A DNA stretch of 64,000 nt from NCBI GenBank assembly GCA_037620605.1, contig JASJLO010000021.1, positions 48,415 through 112,414 on the forward strand, given 5' to 3'. This DNA comes from Candidatus Planktophila sp. (GTDB lineage Bacteria > Actinomycetota > Actinomycetes > Nanopelagicales > Nanopelagicaceae). This document shows positions 8,472 through 18,822 of this stretch, piece after piece (the first letter of the stretch is position 1; each line of letters opens with the position of its first letter). The translations under genes were made by a program, and so were the position numbers. Below the pieces are notes generated by a model. It saw only the letters and a program-made list of their open reading frames with translations. It was not told the origin of the DNA and did not search any database.

Positions 8472-9845
8472 ATGGAAAAAATAGATAGTCAAACACTAGA
8501 GCCAAATAATAATGAGAAGACGGCTACTGAAATTGGCGAGGATTCAGTAACGGCAATTCCTTTACTTACACCTGCTACAGGTATTCCAAAGTTGGTCGAT
8601 CGCATCGAGCAATTTGAAGAAACAATTAAGGAGTTAAGCAACGGCAGTGGTCCATTTGCAGTAGATGCCGAGCGAGCTTCTGGTTTTAAATTTAGCTCGC
8701 GCGCCTATCTAATTCAAATAAAACGTCGCGATGGTGGATTGCACCTAATTGATCCAATTCCATTTGGCCCAGGCCATGATTTATTTATTCGATTAAATGA
8801 TTTACTACAAAGTGATGAAGTAATTTTGCATGCCAGCACTCAGGATTTGCCATGTCTGCGAGAATTAGGAATCAATCCAAAGAAATTATTTGATACTGAG
8901 CTGGGCGGAAGAATTGCTGGCCTGCCTAGAGTTGGCCTAGGTCCATTATTAGAATCGCTAATGGAAGTATCGCTGGCGAAAGAACATTCGGCAGCAGATT
9001 GGTCGCAGCGACCTTTGCCCTCAGAATGGCTTAACTATGCAGCCCTTGATGTAGAGCTTTTGATAGAACTTCGTGAGAAGGTCTATCAAAAGCTGGCGAG
9101 CGCAAATAAATGGGAATGGGCATGCGAAGAATTTCAATCAATCTTAGATGCGCCCGCCCCAACTCCAAGAGTTGACCCTTGGCGGCGCACATCGGGAATG
9201 CATAAAATCAAAAAACGAAATCAATTAGCAGTAATCAAAACTCTCTGGATGGCGCGCCAAGAGATTGCTCGGCAGTTGGATATTTCGCAGGGTCGCTTAC
9301 TCTCAGATGCGGCGATCGTTGAACTTTCCATGCTTGCTCATCTCAAAGAGATTAAAAGTAAGAAAGATTTAGAGCGAGCTCTGCGGCCAATCGGTTTGCG
9401 AGCGCGCTGGTTGGAAAATAGCCAAACCTGGATCAGCGCGATTGGCGAGGCTCTGGCCACGCCTGAAGATCTCTGGCCCCCTACCCGTTCTGACTCTGAC
9501 ACTTTGCCACCGATAAAGATTTGGCGCGAGCGCTTTCCCGAAAAATATGCACCACTTACCCATGCCAAAGCTCGTCTGGATGAACGGGCTAAGGAGTTAT
9601 CGATTCCTTTGGAAAATATGATCACTCCCGAATATGTCAGGCGAATCTGTTGGAATATGCCAAAGTCGGGGGTTGCGCAGGCGTTAGCAACCTTGGGCGC
9701 TCGCTCTTGGCAGATTGAGATCGCTGCCCCAATATTAGAACTGGCGCTGCTTGAGAGAGAACCCCTAATTGAAAGCCCAGTGGAAACCCCTGCTGAGCAA
9801 GTTCAACCAAGACATGGCCCAGAGCAGAGCACCTCTGGAATGTGA
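8472..9845 (+). CDS. rnd: Ribonuclease D-like 3'-5' exonuclease with HRDC domain
   Basis: DEDDy exonuclease motifs (FAVDAERASGF, YLIQIKR, ILHASTQDLPCL, AALDVELL) followed by an HRDC-like region. Confidence 0.85.
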   Translation: MEKIDSQTLEPNNNEKTATEIGEDSVTAIPLLTPATGIPKLVDRIEQFEETIKELSNGSGPFAVDAERASGFKFSSRAYLIQIKRRDGGLHLIDPIPFGPGHDLFIRLNDLLQSDEVILHASTQDLPCLRELGINPKKLFDTELGGRIAGLPRVGLGPLLESLMEVSLAKEHSAADWSQRPLPSEWLNYAALDVELLIELREKVYQKLASANKWEWACEEFQSILDAPAPTPRVDPWRRTSGMHKIKKRNQLAVIKTLWMARQEIARQLDISQGRLLSDAAIVELSMLAHLKEIKSKKDLERALRPIGLRARWLENSQTWISAIGEALATPEDLWPPTRSDSDTLPPIKIWRERFPEKYAPLTHAKARLDERAKELSIPLENMITPEYVRRICWNMPKSGVAQALATLGARSWQIEIAAPILELALLEREPLIESPVETPAEQVQPRHGPEQSTSGM

Positions 9846-9847
9846 GG

Positions 9848-9875
9848 AATTACGCAACATTAAAGTTGCGTAATT
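9848..9875. promoter_or_regulatory. 28-bp inverted repeat (AATTACGCAAC-ATTAAA-GTTGCGTAATT): rnd terminator hairpin or operator upstream of efeU
   Basis: 11-bp perfect arms, 3 nt after the rnd stop and 26 nt before the efeU ATG. Only a weak T-rich tail (TTCGCTTTCT) follows. Confidence 0.45.
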
Positions 9876-9900
9876 CGCTTTCTGGTTCTAGATTTGACCC

Positions 9901-10728
9901 ATGCTCAGCACATTCATTATTGCCCTCCGTGAAGGCCTAGAAGCGGCCTTAATCGTCGGTATTTTAGTTGCCTATGTAGTCCGTACTGACCGCCGCCATC
10001 TGCTTCGTCCACTCTGGGCCGGGGTAACGGTTGCGATTTTGGCCAGCCTGGCACTTGGTGCGATTCTCTCCTTTACCTCCGCCGAGCTGAGCAGCCGCAG
10101 TGAGGAAATGTTCGCTGGTGTGACATCTTTTGTAGCAGTTGGTTTAGTGACCTGGATGGTTTTCTGGATGAAGCGCACAGCGCGAAGTTTGCGCGATGAC
10201 CTTCATGGCAAAGTCGATAACGCAATCATAGGTGGACCAATTGGGCTGGCACTGGTGGCTTTCTTTGCCGTTGCGCGCGAAGGGCTCGAGACAGCGCTAT
10301 TTATTTATACTAATTTTAAAACTGTGGGGGCAGCATCTAGTGCCACAGTTGGTTTAACATTTGGGCTGGCGTTGGCCGTAGCGCTCGGTTACTTAATTTA
10401 TAACCGATCAGTGAAGATAAATCTCTCTAAATTTTTCACCATAACAGGCGTTGCGCTAGTAGTCGTTGCTGCCGGCGTGCTCTCTTATGGTGTACATGAA
10501 TTCCAGGAGCTCGGATGGCTGCCCGGGGTCGATGCCTTTGTCTGGGATGTCACACCTTGGATTGCCAAGGAGTCAATTCTTGGCTCATTATTGGGTGGAA
10601 CAATTGGATTTGATACAACGACTTCATGGGTGCAATTGCTCGCATGGGGCAGTTATCTAGTGGCGGTTCTTCTGCCATATCTCTCCAAGAAGTCTTCCCC
10701 AGCTCCAAAGCCGCTAGTTAAGGCTTAA
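9901..10728 (+). CDS. efeU: FTR1/EfeU-family high-affinity iron permease
   Basis: Two REGLE motifs (ALREGLEAAL, AREGLETALF) in a 7-TM protein. Confidence 0.85.
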   Translation: MLSTFIIALREGLEAALIVGILVAYVVRTDRRHLLRPLWAGVTVAILASLALGAILSFTSAELSSRSEEMFAGVTSFVAVGLVTWMVFWMKRTARSLRDDLHGKVDNAIIGGPIGLALVAFFAVAREGLETALFIYTNFKTVGAASSATVGLTFGLALAVALGYLIYNRSVKINLSKFFTITGVALVVVAAGVLSYGVHEFQELGWLPGVDAFVWDVTPWIAKESILGSLLGGTIGFDTTTSWVQLLAWGSYLVAVLLPYLSKKSSPAPKPLVKA

Positions 10729-10837
10729 ATCACCTCCATCTGCTGTTCCACTTTTGCCTACTGGCGAGTAACCTAACCTTACTTACTATCAATGCAGGGA
10801 ACTCTCCCTCGCCCGTCATATCTAGAAGGTGGCTCTA

Positions 10838-12028
10838 ATGTCTCGCACCGTTGTCCTAGTCGATGCAGTTCGTACTCCATTTGGAAAGGCCGGCAGCATG
10901 TACGCCGGTACTCGCGCCGATGATTTAATGGTTCGCGCCATGCGCGGTTTGCTCGAACGAAACCCAAAGGTTTCACCTGATGCTATTGAGGATGTGGCGA
11001 TAGCTGCAGCTACTCAAAGCGGTGATCAAGGAATGAATATCGGGCGCAGTGCATCGCTTTTAGCAGGACTACCCAATACTGTGCCAGGCTACTCGATAGA
11101 TCGTTGGTGTGCGGGTGCAATGACTGCCACGACATCGCTAGCAGGTGCGATCGCTATCGGTTCCATTGATATTGCAATTGCCGGCGGAGTAGAACATATG
11201 GGAAATCATCCAATCGGTGAAGGTATCGATCCCAACCCTAGATTTTTAGCTGAACGAATTGTGGAAGAAGATGCGCTAGCCATGGGTGCAACTGCAGAAC
11301 GGTTACATGATCGCTTCCCGCAATTAACAAAAGAGCGCGCCGATCGTTATGCCTACAACTCGCAAATGAAGACAGCGGCGGCATATGCAGCAGGAAAAAT
11401 ACAAAGAGATTTGATTCCTACCGCAGCGCGTATCGCTGATTTAGGTTGGGCAATTGCCACAGTAGATGAGCCACCGCGCCCAACTACAACTATGGAGGGT
11501 CTATCAACTCTCAAAACTCCATTTAGGCCAGCAGGTCGAGTTACTCCAGGTAATTCATCTGGACTAAATGACGGTGCTACAGCAGCGCTTCTAGCCAGCG
11601 AAGATAAAGCAAAGGAACTTGGTCTAACAATAAAAGCTAGGTTAGTTTCATTTGCATTTGCCGGTGTGGAACCAGAGGTTATGGGATATGGGCCGATTCC
11701 TTCGACAATTAAGGCACTTGCCAAAGCTGGGCTAACCATGGCAGATATTGGGGCATTTGAGATAAATGAAGCATTTGCAGTCCAAGTTATTGCATTCTTA
11801 GATCATTTTGGGATTGCAGATGATGATGCCCGCGTCAATCCATATGGTGGCGCAATTGCAGTTGGCCATCCACTTGCTTCATCTGGAATTCGCCTAATGC
11901 TAAATCTTGCGCGTACCTTTGAAGAGCGCACCGATGTTCGCTACGGAATTACCACTATGTGTATTGGCCTTGGTATGGGTGGCACTGTTATTTGGGAGAA
12001 CCCACACTTCACAGGAGGAAACAAATAA
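10838..12028 (+). CDS. fadA: Acetyl-CoA C-acyltransferase (thiolase)
   Basis: Thiolase motifs (DRWCAGAM, NSSGLNDGA, NPYGGAIAVGHPLASSG, CIGLGMG). ATG at 10838 is preceded by GAAGGTGG; the track start is GTG 10829. Confidence 0.9.
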   Translation: MSRTVVLVDAVRTPFGKAGSMYAGTRADDLMVRAMRGLLERNPKVSPDAIEDVAIAAATQSGDQGMNIGRSASLLAGLPNTVPGYSIDRWCAGAMTATTSLAGAIAIGSIDIAIAGGVEHMGNHPIGEGIDPNPRFLAERIVEEDALAMGATAERLHDRFPQLTKERADRYAYNSQMKTAAAYAAGKIQRDLIPTAARIADLGWAIATVDEPPRPTTTMEGLSTLKTPFRPAGRVTPGNSSGLNDGATAALLASEDKAKELGLTIKARLVSFAFAGVEPEVMGYGPIPSTIKALAKAGLTMADIGAFEINEAFAVQVIAFLDHFGIADDDARVNPYGGAIAVGHPLASSGIRLMLNLARTFEERTDVRYGITTMCIGLGMGGTVIWENPHFTGGNK

Positions 12029-14136
12029 TGAGTTCTGAGATTCAATTGCCAGACGGTGCACCACAAGAAGTTATCACTAACGCACTTGTGCGCGATGTCG
12101 ATCTAACTCCTTTTGGCTATATGGGCTCACTTGCGTTGATCACCCTAGATAACGGGCTCGATCACACTCGCCCAAATACATTTGGCCCACAATCTTTAGC
12201 GGCGCTAGATGCTGCAATTACCGATGCTATTGGCAGGTCACCGGCCGCAATTGCAATCACCGGTAAACCTTTTATCTTCGCCGCTGGTGCAGATTTATCA
12301 GCGCTGTCGTATCTGTCCAATCGTGAGCAATCTCTTGCCATTGGAAAGTTAGGTCACGATGTATTTCGACGCCTTGACGAGACTGACATACCAACTTTCG
12401 CCTTCATAAATGGTTTAGCGCTAGGTGGCGGACTTGAAGTGGGATTGCACTGTAACTACCGCACTCTATCTTCAACGGCATTTACTGCATTACCTGAGAT
12501 CTTTCTAGGTCTTGTACCTGGTTGGGGTGGTGCGACCATACTTCCCAAACTCATTGGGCCAGAGCGCGCAGTAAAGGTAATTATGCTAAATGCTCTAAAT
12601 AACAACACAATGATGAAGGCTAAAGATGCGCTATCACTTGGCGTTGTCGATGCCGTATATGAACCTGCTGATTTTCTAGAGCGTTCAGTTAGCTTTGCCG
12701 CAAATGTACTATCGCAGCAAATAAAAATTGAACGTCCTGATTACTCTTCAGATCCAGCTTGGGAGAGCGCGCTAGCATCAGGTAAAGCAGCTGCGCTTAA
12801 GAAATATGGCGGCGCCGAGATAGCTGCTCCTCATAGAGCACTTGAATTAATCGCCGCGGCCCGTACCAATACGCGCGCTGCCGGCTTTGCTGCCGAGGAT
12901 CAAACATTGGCAGATCTGACAATGTCAGATCCATTACGCGCCTCGCTATATGCATTTAACTTGATTCAGAAGAAGCGCAAAAAAGTTGAAGGCGCTCCTA
13001 AGCCGGCGCTTGCCCGTAAGGTTGCCAAGGTCGGCGTCGTTGGTGCTGGACTTATGGCATCGCAACTTGCTTTGCTGTTACTGCGAAACCTTAAATGCCC
13101 AGTTGTGATGACAGATATCGACCAAGAGCGCGCCGATAAGGGTGTCGCCTGGGTTAAGAACGAGCTTGCTAAGTTAGTTGAAAAGAAGCGTATGAGTGCT
13201 GAGGCGGCTCACCGTTTATCACTGCTTATTTCCGGATCAGCAGAGCAAAGCTCCTTCGCTGGCTGTGATTTTATAATTGAGGCAATCTTTGAAGAGCTAT
13301 CTCTTAAACAGGAGCTCTTTAAAAAGCTCGAAGCGATAATCTCCCCCGAATGCGTACTAGCTACCAATACATCTTCTCTATCGGTAGAGAGAATGAGCGA
13401 AGGACTTAAAAATCCAGAGCGAGTCATTGGATTCCATTTCTTTAATCCAGTTGCGGTAATGCCACTACTAGAAATTGCCCGCACATCTGCCACCGATGAT
13501 GCCACCACTGCCACTGCAGTTAGCGTTGGAAAATCACTTAAGAAGACGATGATCATCTGTAAAGATGCCCCCGGTTTTGTTGTTAACCGTCTCTTGACCC
13601 GCTTTATGGGCGAAGTTACCGATGCAGTAGATGAAGGAACTTCTCCAGAAGTTGCTGATAACGCCATGCGCGCAATTGGCTTTCCTATGTCACCCTTTGA
13701 ATTGCTAGATTTGGTTGGTCCAGGTGTTGCACTTCACGTCTCTGAGACTCTCCATGAAAATCTAGGGCCGCGTTACCGTATCTCACCTACGATGCAGGCG
13801 ATGGTCGCTGGTAAAGTGAGAAATTTCTACACTAAATCCGAAGATGGAAAAGTTTTGGTTAATCCAGAAGCGCTGGCGCTATTAAAGCAAGAGAGCTCCC
13901 CATCTACTGCTGAGCAAGTACGCGATCGCGCACTTAAAGCTCTCGCAGTCGAAGCGCGCATGATGTTAGATGAAGGCGTCGTTGCCACCGCAGCTGAGAT
14001 TGACCTCTGCATGTTGATGGGTTCAGGTTGGCCCATGCATCTGGGCGGCATCTTGCCGTACTTAGATCGTGAAGGTATTAGCCAAGCGGCTTGCGGTCAA
14101 CGCTTTCATGCGCCGGGGATTGCATCTCTTCCATAA
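12028..14136 (+). CDS. fadB: Bifunctional enoyl-CoA hydratase / 3-hydroxyacyl-CoA dehydrogenase
   Basis: N-terminal crotonase fold (FAAGADL, GLALGGGLE) plus an NAD Rossmann fold (VGVVGAGLMASQ) and the 3HCDH C-terminal domain. ATG 12028 overlaps the fadA stop (TAATG). Confidence 0.9.
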   Translation: MSSEIQLPDGAPQEVITNALVRDVDLTPFGYMGSLALITLDNGLDHTRPNTFGPQSLAALDAAITDAIGRSPAAIAITGKPFIFAAGADLSALSYLSNREQSLAIGKLGHDVFRRLDETDIPTFAFINGLALGGGLEVGLHCNYRTLSSTAFTALPEIFLGLVPGWGGATILPKLIGPERAVKVIMLNALNNNTMMKAKDALSLGVVDAVYEPADFLERSVSFAANVLSQQIKIERPDYSSDPAWESALASGKAAALKKYGGAEIAAPHRALELIAAARTNTRAAGFAAEDQTLADLTMSDPLRASLYAFNLIQKKRKKVEGAPKPALARKVAKVGVVGAGLMASQLALLLLRNLKCPVVMTDIDQERADKGVAWVKNELAKLVEKKRMSAEAAHRLSLLISGSAEQSSFAGCDFIIEAIFEELSLKQELFKKLEAIISPECVLATNTSSLSVERMSEGLKNPERVIGFHFFNPVAVMPLLEIARTSATDDATTATAVSVGKSLKKTMIICKDAPGFVVNRLLTRFMGEVTDAVDEGTSPEVADNAMRAIGFPMSPFELLDLVGPGVALHVSETLHENLGPRYRISPTMQAMVAGKVRNFYTKSEDGKVLVNPEALALLKQESSPSTAEQVRDRALKALAVEARMMLDEGVVATAAEIDLCMLMGSGWPMHLGGILPYLDREGISQAACGQRFHAPGIASLP

Positions 14137-16021
14137 TTGAATTTGATAGCGCAGCCCCTTTAGAGCTATTCCACTCAACGATATCCCGTGCAATATTTTG
14201 AGCGGTAATCCCAAGATCGCTTAATATTTCATTACGCTTGGAATGTTCAATAAATTCAAGTGGTACGCCAATTGAGTGAATTGGGGTAGCCAGCCCTGCT
14301 TCGCGAAAGAGTTCAGATATAGAGCTAGCAATTCCACCATGTTTAATTCCATCTTCTATAACAACTACGCTCTTATATCTTTCTGCCATTGCGGTTAATG
14401 AAACTGGCAACGGCTTTACCCAGCGTGGGTCAATTACTGTGACACCAACGCCCTCACGGTAGGCCATTGATGCTGCCTCGACTGCTATGGCAGCCATGGC
14501 GCCAATGCTGATTAGCAATACATCTGCACTCTCGCCGCGATATAGGACATCGATTCCATCTCTTCGTTCAAAGGCAGGAATCTCACTCTGCACAGCACCT
14601 TTGGGAAAGCGAACCATCGATGGCGCATCTGAAATTGCTACCGCCTCACGAAGAGTTTCCCGTAAACGTTGCGCATCGCGCGGAGCTGCAACGCACATGG
14701 TTGGGACAATCCCAGTTAAGGCGAGATCCCAAATTCCATGGTGAGAAGGCCCGTCATCACCAGTAATACCGGATCTATCTAAAACAAAAGTTACGCCGGC
14801 TTTATGTAGGGCCACATCTAGTAGGAGTTGGTCAAAGGCTCTATTTAAAAAAGTTGAGTAAACAGCCACAACTGGATGAAGTCCGGCATAAGCCATTCCA
14901 GCAGCGCTAGTAACGGCATGTTGTTCAGCTATGCCGACATCGATGGTCCTATCGGGATAAGCCTTTTCAAAAGCATCTAACCCAGTTGGCCCTAACATGG
15001 CAGCGGTAATTGCCACGATATCTGGGCGATCGCGCGCAATCTCAACCAACTCTTCAGAAAAAATCTTCGTCCAAGTAGTTGAACTTTTCGCCAATGGCGC
15101 CCCAGTTTCGCGATCAACAATTCCCACAGCATGAAATTTTTCAGCTTCATCGGCCATGGCTGGGATATGCCCGCGCCCCTTTTCAGTGATAACGTGAACG
15201 AGAATTGGCTCGTCAAAATCTTTTGCCTGGGTTAGGGCTCTCTCAAGAGCGGGGATATCGTGGCCATCAATTGGTCCTAAATATTTAAGACCTAAATCCT
15301 CAAACATACCTTGTGGAGCAATAATATCTTTGATGCCTTTTTTCACGCCATGTAGAGTTTCATAAATTGGAGTCCCAACAACTGGGGTCTTATGTAAAAA
15401 CTCTTTACCCCAATCAAGGAACCGCTCGTAGCCGCGGGTTACTCGCAAGGTCGAAAGATATGTCGCCAAGCCACCAATAGTTGGCGAATAAGAGCGTTCA
15501 TTATCGTTGACAATAATTACCAAATTACGTTTTTCAGTTGCCGCAATATTGTTAAGCGCCTCCCAAGACATACCTCCAGTGAGCGCGCCATCTCCTACAA
15601 CTACAACTACATGACGATCCGTCTGCTTGGTTTGGGAAAAGCCAAAGGAAATTCCGTCTCCCCAAGAGAGCGCAGTTGATGCGTGTGAATTTTCAATGAC
15701 GTCATGCTCGCTTTCGCGGCGATTCGGATACCCGGCGATACCACCGCGTTGCCGCAAGCCATCAAATTGACTAACTCGACCTGTCAAAATTTTATGAACA
15801 TAGGATTGATGGCCCGTATCAAATAGAACTACATCTCTAGGTGAATCAAATGTGCGATGAATAGCAATAGTGAGTTCGACTACCCCTAGATTCGGTCCAA
15901 GATGGCCGCCGGTTTTGGAAACTTTAGTTATTAGGAATTGGCGAATTTCTTCACTCAAAATATTGAGCTGTGCGATATCTAGCGCCTTTATATCGGCAGG
16001 ACTTTTTATCGACTCAAGCAT
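14078..16021 (-). CDS. dxs: 1-deoxy-D-xylulose-5-phosphate synthase
   Basis: 647 aa with the GHxSTS-type motif (HASTALSWG), the TPP motif GDGALTGGMSWEALNN, and transketolase pyrimidine and C-terminal domains. Confidence 0.95.
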   Translation of the reverse strand: MLESIKSPADIKALDIAQLNILSEEIRQFLITKVSKTGGHLGPNLGVVELTIAIHRTFDSPRDVVLFDTGHQSYVHKILTGRVSQFDGLRQRGGIAGYPNRRESEHDVIENSHASTALSWGDGISFGFSQTKQTDRHVVVVVGDGALTGGMSWEALNNIAATEKRNLVIIVNDNERSYSPTIGGLATYLSTLRVTRGYERFLDWGKEFLHKTPVVGTPIYETLHGVKKGIKDIIAPQGMFEDLGLKYLGPIDGHDIPALERALTQAKDFDEPILVHVITEKGRGHIPAMADEAEKFHAVGIVDRETGAPLAKSSTTWTKIFSEELVEIARDRPDIVAITAAMLGPTGLDAFEKAYPDRTIDVGIAEQHAVTSAAGMAYAGLHPVVAVYSTFLNRAFDQLLLDVALHKAGVTFVLDRSGITGDDGPSHHGIWDLALTGIVPTMCVAAPRDAQRLRETLREAVAISDAPSMVRFPKGAVQSEIPAFERRDGIDVLYRGESADVLLISIGAMAAIAVEAASMAYREGVGVTVIDPRWVKPLPVSLTAMAERYKSVVVIEDGIKHGGIASSISELFREAGLATPIHSIGVPLEFIEHSKRNEILSDLGITAQNIARDIVEWNSSKGAALSNSIMEEMQSPAHESVDRKPLG

Positions 16022-16063
16022 GATAGAAGTCTAGTTTGCCTATCCTGATTTCGCGAGATTTAA

Positions 16064-16151
16064 CGCCTATTGCTAAAGCAATTGGCTATCTCCTCGCGCC
16101 TATTACTAAAGCAATTGGCTATCTCCTCACGCCTATTGCTAAAGCAATTGG
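16064..16151. repeat. 33-bp tandem repeat, about 2.7 copies, spanning the acn stop codon and the acn-dxs spacer
   Basis: Copies start at 16064, 16097 and 16130 (CGCCTATTGCTAAAGCAATTGGCTATCTCCTCG/A). Each holds the inverted repeat ATTGCT-AA-AGCAAT; the middle copy reads ATTACT. Confidence 0.9.
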
Positions 16152-18793
16152 CGGAGCACGTACTGCATGATTCCCCCATGGCGATAATAATCACCTTCGC
16201 CAGGAGTATCGATGCGCACCTTGGCGCTAAAGGTCTTATCCCCTGCAGTTACCTCCACCTCTTTTGGAATTCCTCCGCTATTTAGCGCAGTCACTCCAGA
16301 GATTGAGAAAACTTCGGTTCCATCTAAACCAAGTGATTTAACGTTTTCGCCATCTCTAAATTGCAATGGAAGAACACCCATGCCAATTAAGTTAGACCGG
16401 TGAATACGTTCAAAGCTCTCAGCAATTACTGCTCTTACTCCAAGTAGCGCTGTTCCTTTAGCTGCCCAGTCACGTGATGAACCAGAGCCATATTCTTTAC
16501 CAGCCAAAATTACCAATGGAATCGAGGCGGCCTGATAGGCCACCGATGCATCATAAATCGTCGACTGTTCTCCATCAGCCAGAAAGTTACGGGTGAATGC
16601 GCCTTCGACTCCATCTAACAACATATTCTTAAGGCGAATATTGGCAAAGGTTCCCCGGATCATTACTTCATGATTGCCGCGACGTGAACCGTATGAGTTG
16701 AAATCTGTGCGTGCCACACCTTGCGACTCCAAATATTTGCCAGCCGGTGAATCAGCTTTAATATTGCCAGCCGGTGAGATGTGATCTGTTGTAACTGAAT
16801 CTCCCAATATGGCAAGCACTCTCGCTCCAGCAATATCTGTGACTGGAGTTGGTTCTGCCGGCATACCATCGAAGTATGGAGGCTTACGAACATATGTGGA
16901 TTTTAAATCCCACTCAAAAGTCTTACCTGCGGGTGTAGCTAAAGCTTTCCAACGGTGATCACCATCGAATACTGTTGCGTAATCCTTCTTAAACATATCT
17001 GATGAGATAGAAGATTCAATCACCGACTGAATTTCCTCTGGTGATGGCCAGATTTGCGCTAAAAAGACATCATTGCCTTCTTTATCGGTACCAAGTGAAT
17101 CTTTCTCGAAATCATGATCCATGGTTCCTGCTAAGGCGTAAGCCACAACTAGTGGCGGAGATGCGAGGTAATTCATCTTTACATCAGGGCTAATGCGCCC
17201 CTCAAAGTTGCGGTTACCAGAGAGAACTGCCGTCACAGCCAGATCATAATCATTTATCGATTTACTAATATCAATAGGCAGTGGCCCTGAGTTACCGATG
17301 CAAGTTACGCATCCATATCCAACTAAGTTAAAGCCCAGCGCCTCCATATATGGCGTAAGACCTGAACGATCGTAGTAGTCGGTAACCACCTTTGAGCCGG
17401 GAGCCAAGGTTGTCTTTACCCAAGGCTTGGTGCTCAATCCACGTTCAACCGCATTCTTGGCTAGAAGTGCGGCACCAATCATTACGGAGGGATTAGAAGT
17501 ATTTGTACATGAAGTAATTGATGCGATTACAACGTCACCATTCTTAATGGTTGTCTCCTTCGCTCCAACTTTAACTGGATACGCCTGTTTCCCAGTCTTC
17601 TCAGAGAAATAAGTTGGCAGGATTTTCTCGAATGCGCTCTTAGATTCACTCAATGAAATTCGATCTTGCGGACGTTTTGGTCCAGATATAGATGGCACAA
17701 CAGTAGATAAATCTAATTCGATATGTTCGGAAAAACGCGGTGCAGCCAATGGGTCATGCCACATCCCCTGTGCCTTTGCATATTCTTCAACTAAGGCGAC
17801 TTGATCATCACTGCGACCGGTAAGGCGCATATAGCGAAGAGTCTCATCATCAATTGGGAAGATTGCACATGTCGATCCGTATTCTGGGCTCATATTTCCA
17901 ATAGTGGTTCGATTAGCCATCGGAACAGAGACAACACCGGGTCCGTAGAACTCTACAAATTTTCCTACCACCCCATGTTTACGTAAAATTTCGGTAATAG
18001 TAAGTGCCATATCTGTTGCCGTAGTACCGACTGGCAAAGATTGGCTCAATTTAAATCCAACAACGCGTGGGATAAGCATAGAAACAGGTTGACCAAGTAG
18101 CGCAGCTTCCGCCTCGATTCCACCTACTCCCCATCCTAAAACTCCCAGCCCATTAACCATGGTTGTGTGAGAATCAGTTCCAACTACGGTGTCAGGGTAT
18201 GCGCTAAGAACGCCATTTACGGTACGAGTCATGACTACTCGTGCTAAAAATTCAATATTTACTTGGTGGACAATCCCTGTTCCCGGTGGGACAACTTTCA
18301 ACTCATCGAATGCGCCTTGCCCCCAACGTAAAAAGCGATAACGCTCATGGTTGCGCTCATATTCAATATCAGTATTTTTCTCAAAGGCATCTTTTGTGCC
18401 CGAGACATCAGCAATTACTGAGTGATCTATTACCAGTTCAGCCGGAGCGAGTGGATTAACTTTGGCAGGATCCCCGCCAAGTTCAACTATCGCTTCACGC
18501 ATCGTAGCTAAATCCACAATGCAAGGAACTCCTGTGAAGTCCTGCATCACCACTCGGGCAGGCGTGAATTGAATTTCAGTATCAGGTTCGGCCGCCGGAT
18601 CCCATTGGGCAAGCGCCTTTATATGTTCGGCGGTGATATTTGCACCGTCTTCAGCACGCAAAAGATTCTCTAGTAACACTTTAAGCGAGAAAGGAAGCGT
18701 GTCAGCGCCCGCAATTTTTGAAATATCAAAGATTTCAAAATCTTTACCTGCGACCTTTAGATTCTTTTTTGCGCCAAGTGAATTTTTACTCAT
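16139..18793 (-). CDS. acnA: Aconitate hydratase A
   Basis: 884 aa with aconitase Fe-S ligand regions ([23 protein letters not shown]) and a swivel domain. Confidence 0.95.
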   Translation of the reverse strand: MSKNSLGAKKNLKVAGKDFEIFDISKIAGADTLPFSLKVLLENLLRAEDGANITAEHIKALAQWDPAAEPDTEIQFTPARVVMQDFTGVPCIVDLATMREAIVELGGDPAKVNPLAPAELVIDHSVIADVSGTKDAFEKNTDIEYERNHERYRFLRWGQGAFDELKVVPPGTGIVHQVNIEFLARVVMTRTVNGVLSAYPDTVVGTDSHTTMVNGLGVLGWGVGGIEAEAALLGQPVSMLIPRVVGFKLSQSLPVGTTATDMALTITEILRKHGVVGKFVEFYGPGVVSVPMANRTTIGNMSPEYGSTCAIFPIDDETLRYMRLTGRSDDQVALVEEYAKAQGMWHDPLAAPRFSEHIELDLSTVVPSISGPKRPQDRISLSESKSAFEKILPTYFSEKTGKQAYPVKVGAKETTIKNGDVVIASITSCTNTSNPSVMIGAALLAKNAVERGLSTKPWVKTTLAPGSKVVTDYYDRSGLTPYMEALGFNLVGYGCVTCIGNSGPLPIDISKSINDYDLAVTAVLSGNRNFEGRISPDVKMNYLASPPLVVAYALAGTMDHDFEKDSLGTDKEGNDVFLAQIWPSPEEIQSVIESSISSDMFKKDYATVFDGDHRWKALATPAGKTFEWDLKSTYVRKPPYFDGMPAEPTPVTDIAGARVLAILGDSVTTDHISPAGNIKADSPAGKYLESQGVARTDFNSYGSRRGNHEVMIRGTFANIRLKNMLLDGVEGAFTRNFLADGEQSTIYDASVAYQAASIPLVILAGKEYGSGSSRDWAAKGTALLGVRAVIAESFERIHRSNLIGMGVLPLQFRDGENVKSLGLDGTEVFSISGVTALNSGGIPKEVEVTAGDKTFSAKVRIDTPGEGDYYRHGGIMQYVLRQLL

Positions 18794-18822
18794 AGCCGTC
18801 CTCTACTAAATTTATCTTGATA

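Noticed and set aside
9848-9900. IdeR/DtxR iron box upstream of efeU
   Set aside because: The palindrome there does not match TTAGGTTAGGCTAACCTAA. The TAACCTAA-like half-site at about 10775 upstream of fadA lacks the partner half.
16070-16285. 71-aa ORF with repeated LKQLAISSRLL peptide
   Set aside because: The peptide repeat is a translation artefact of the 33-bp DNA tandem repeat, and the ORF runs antisense into the acn 3' end.
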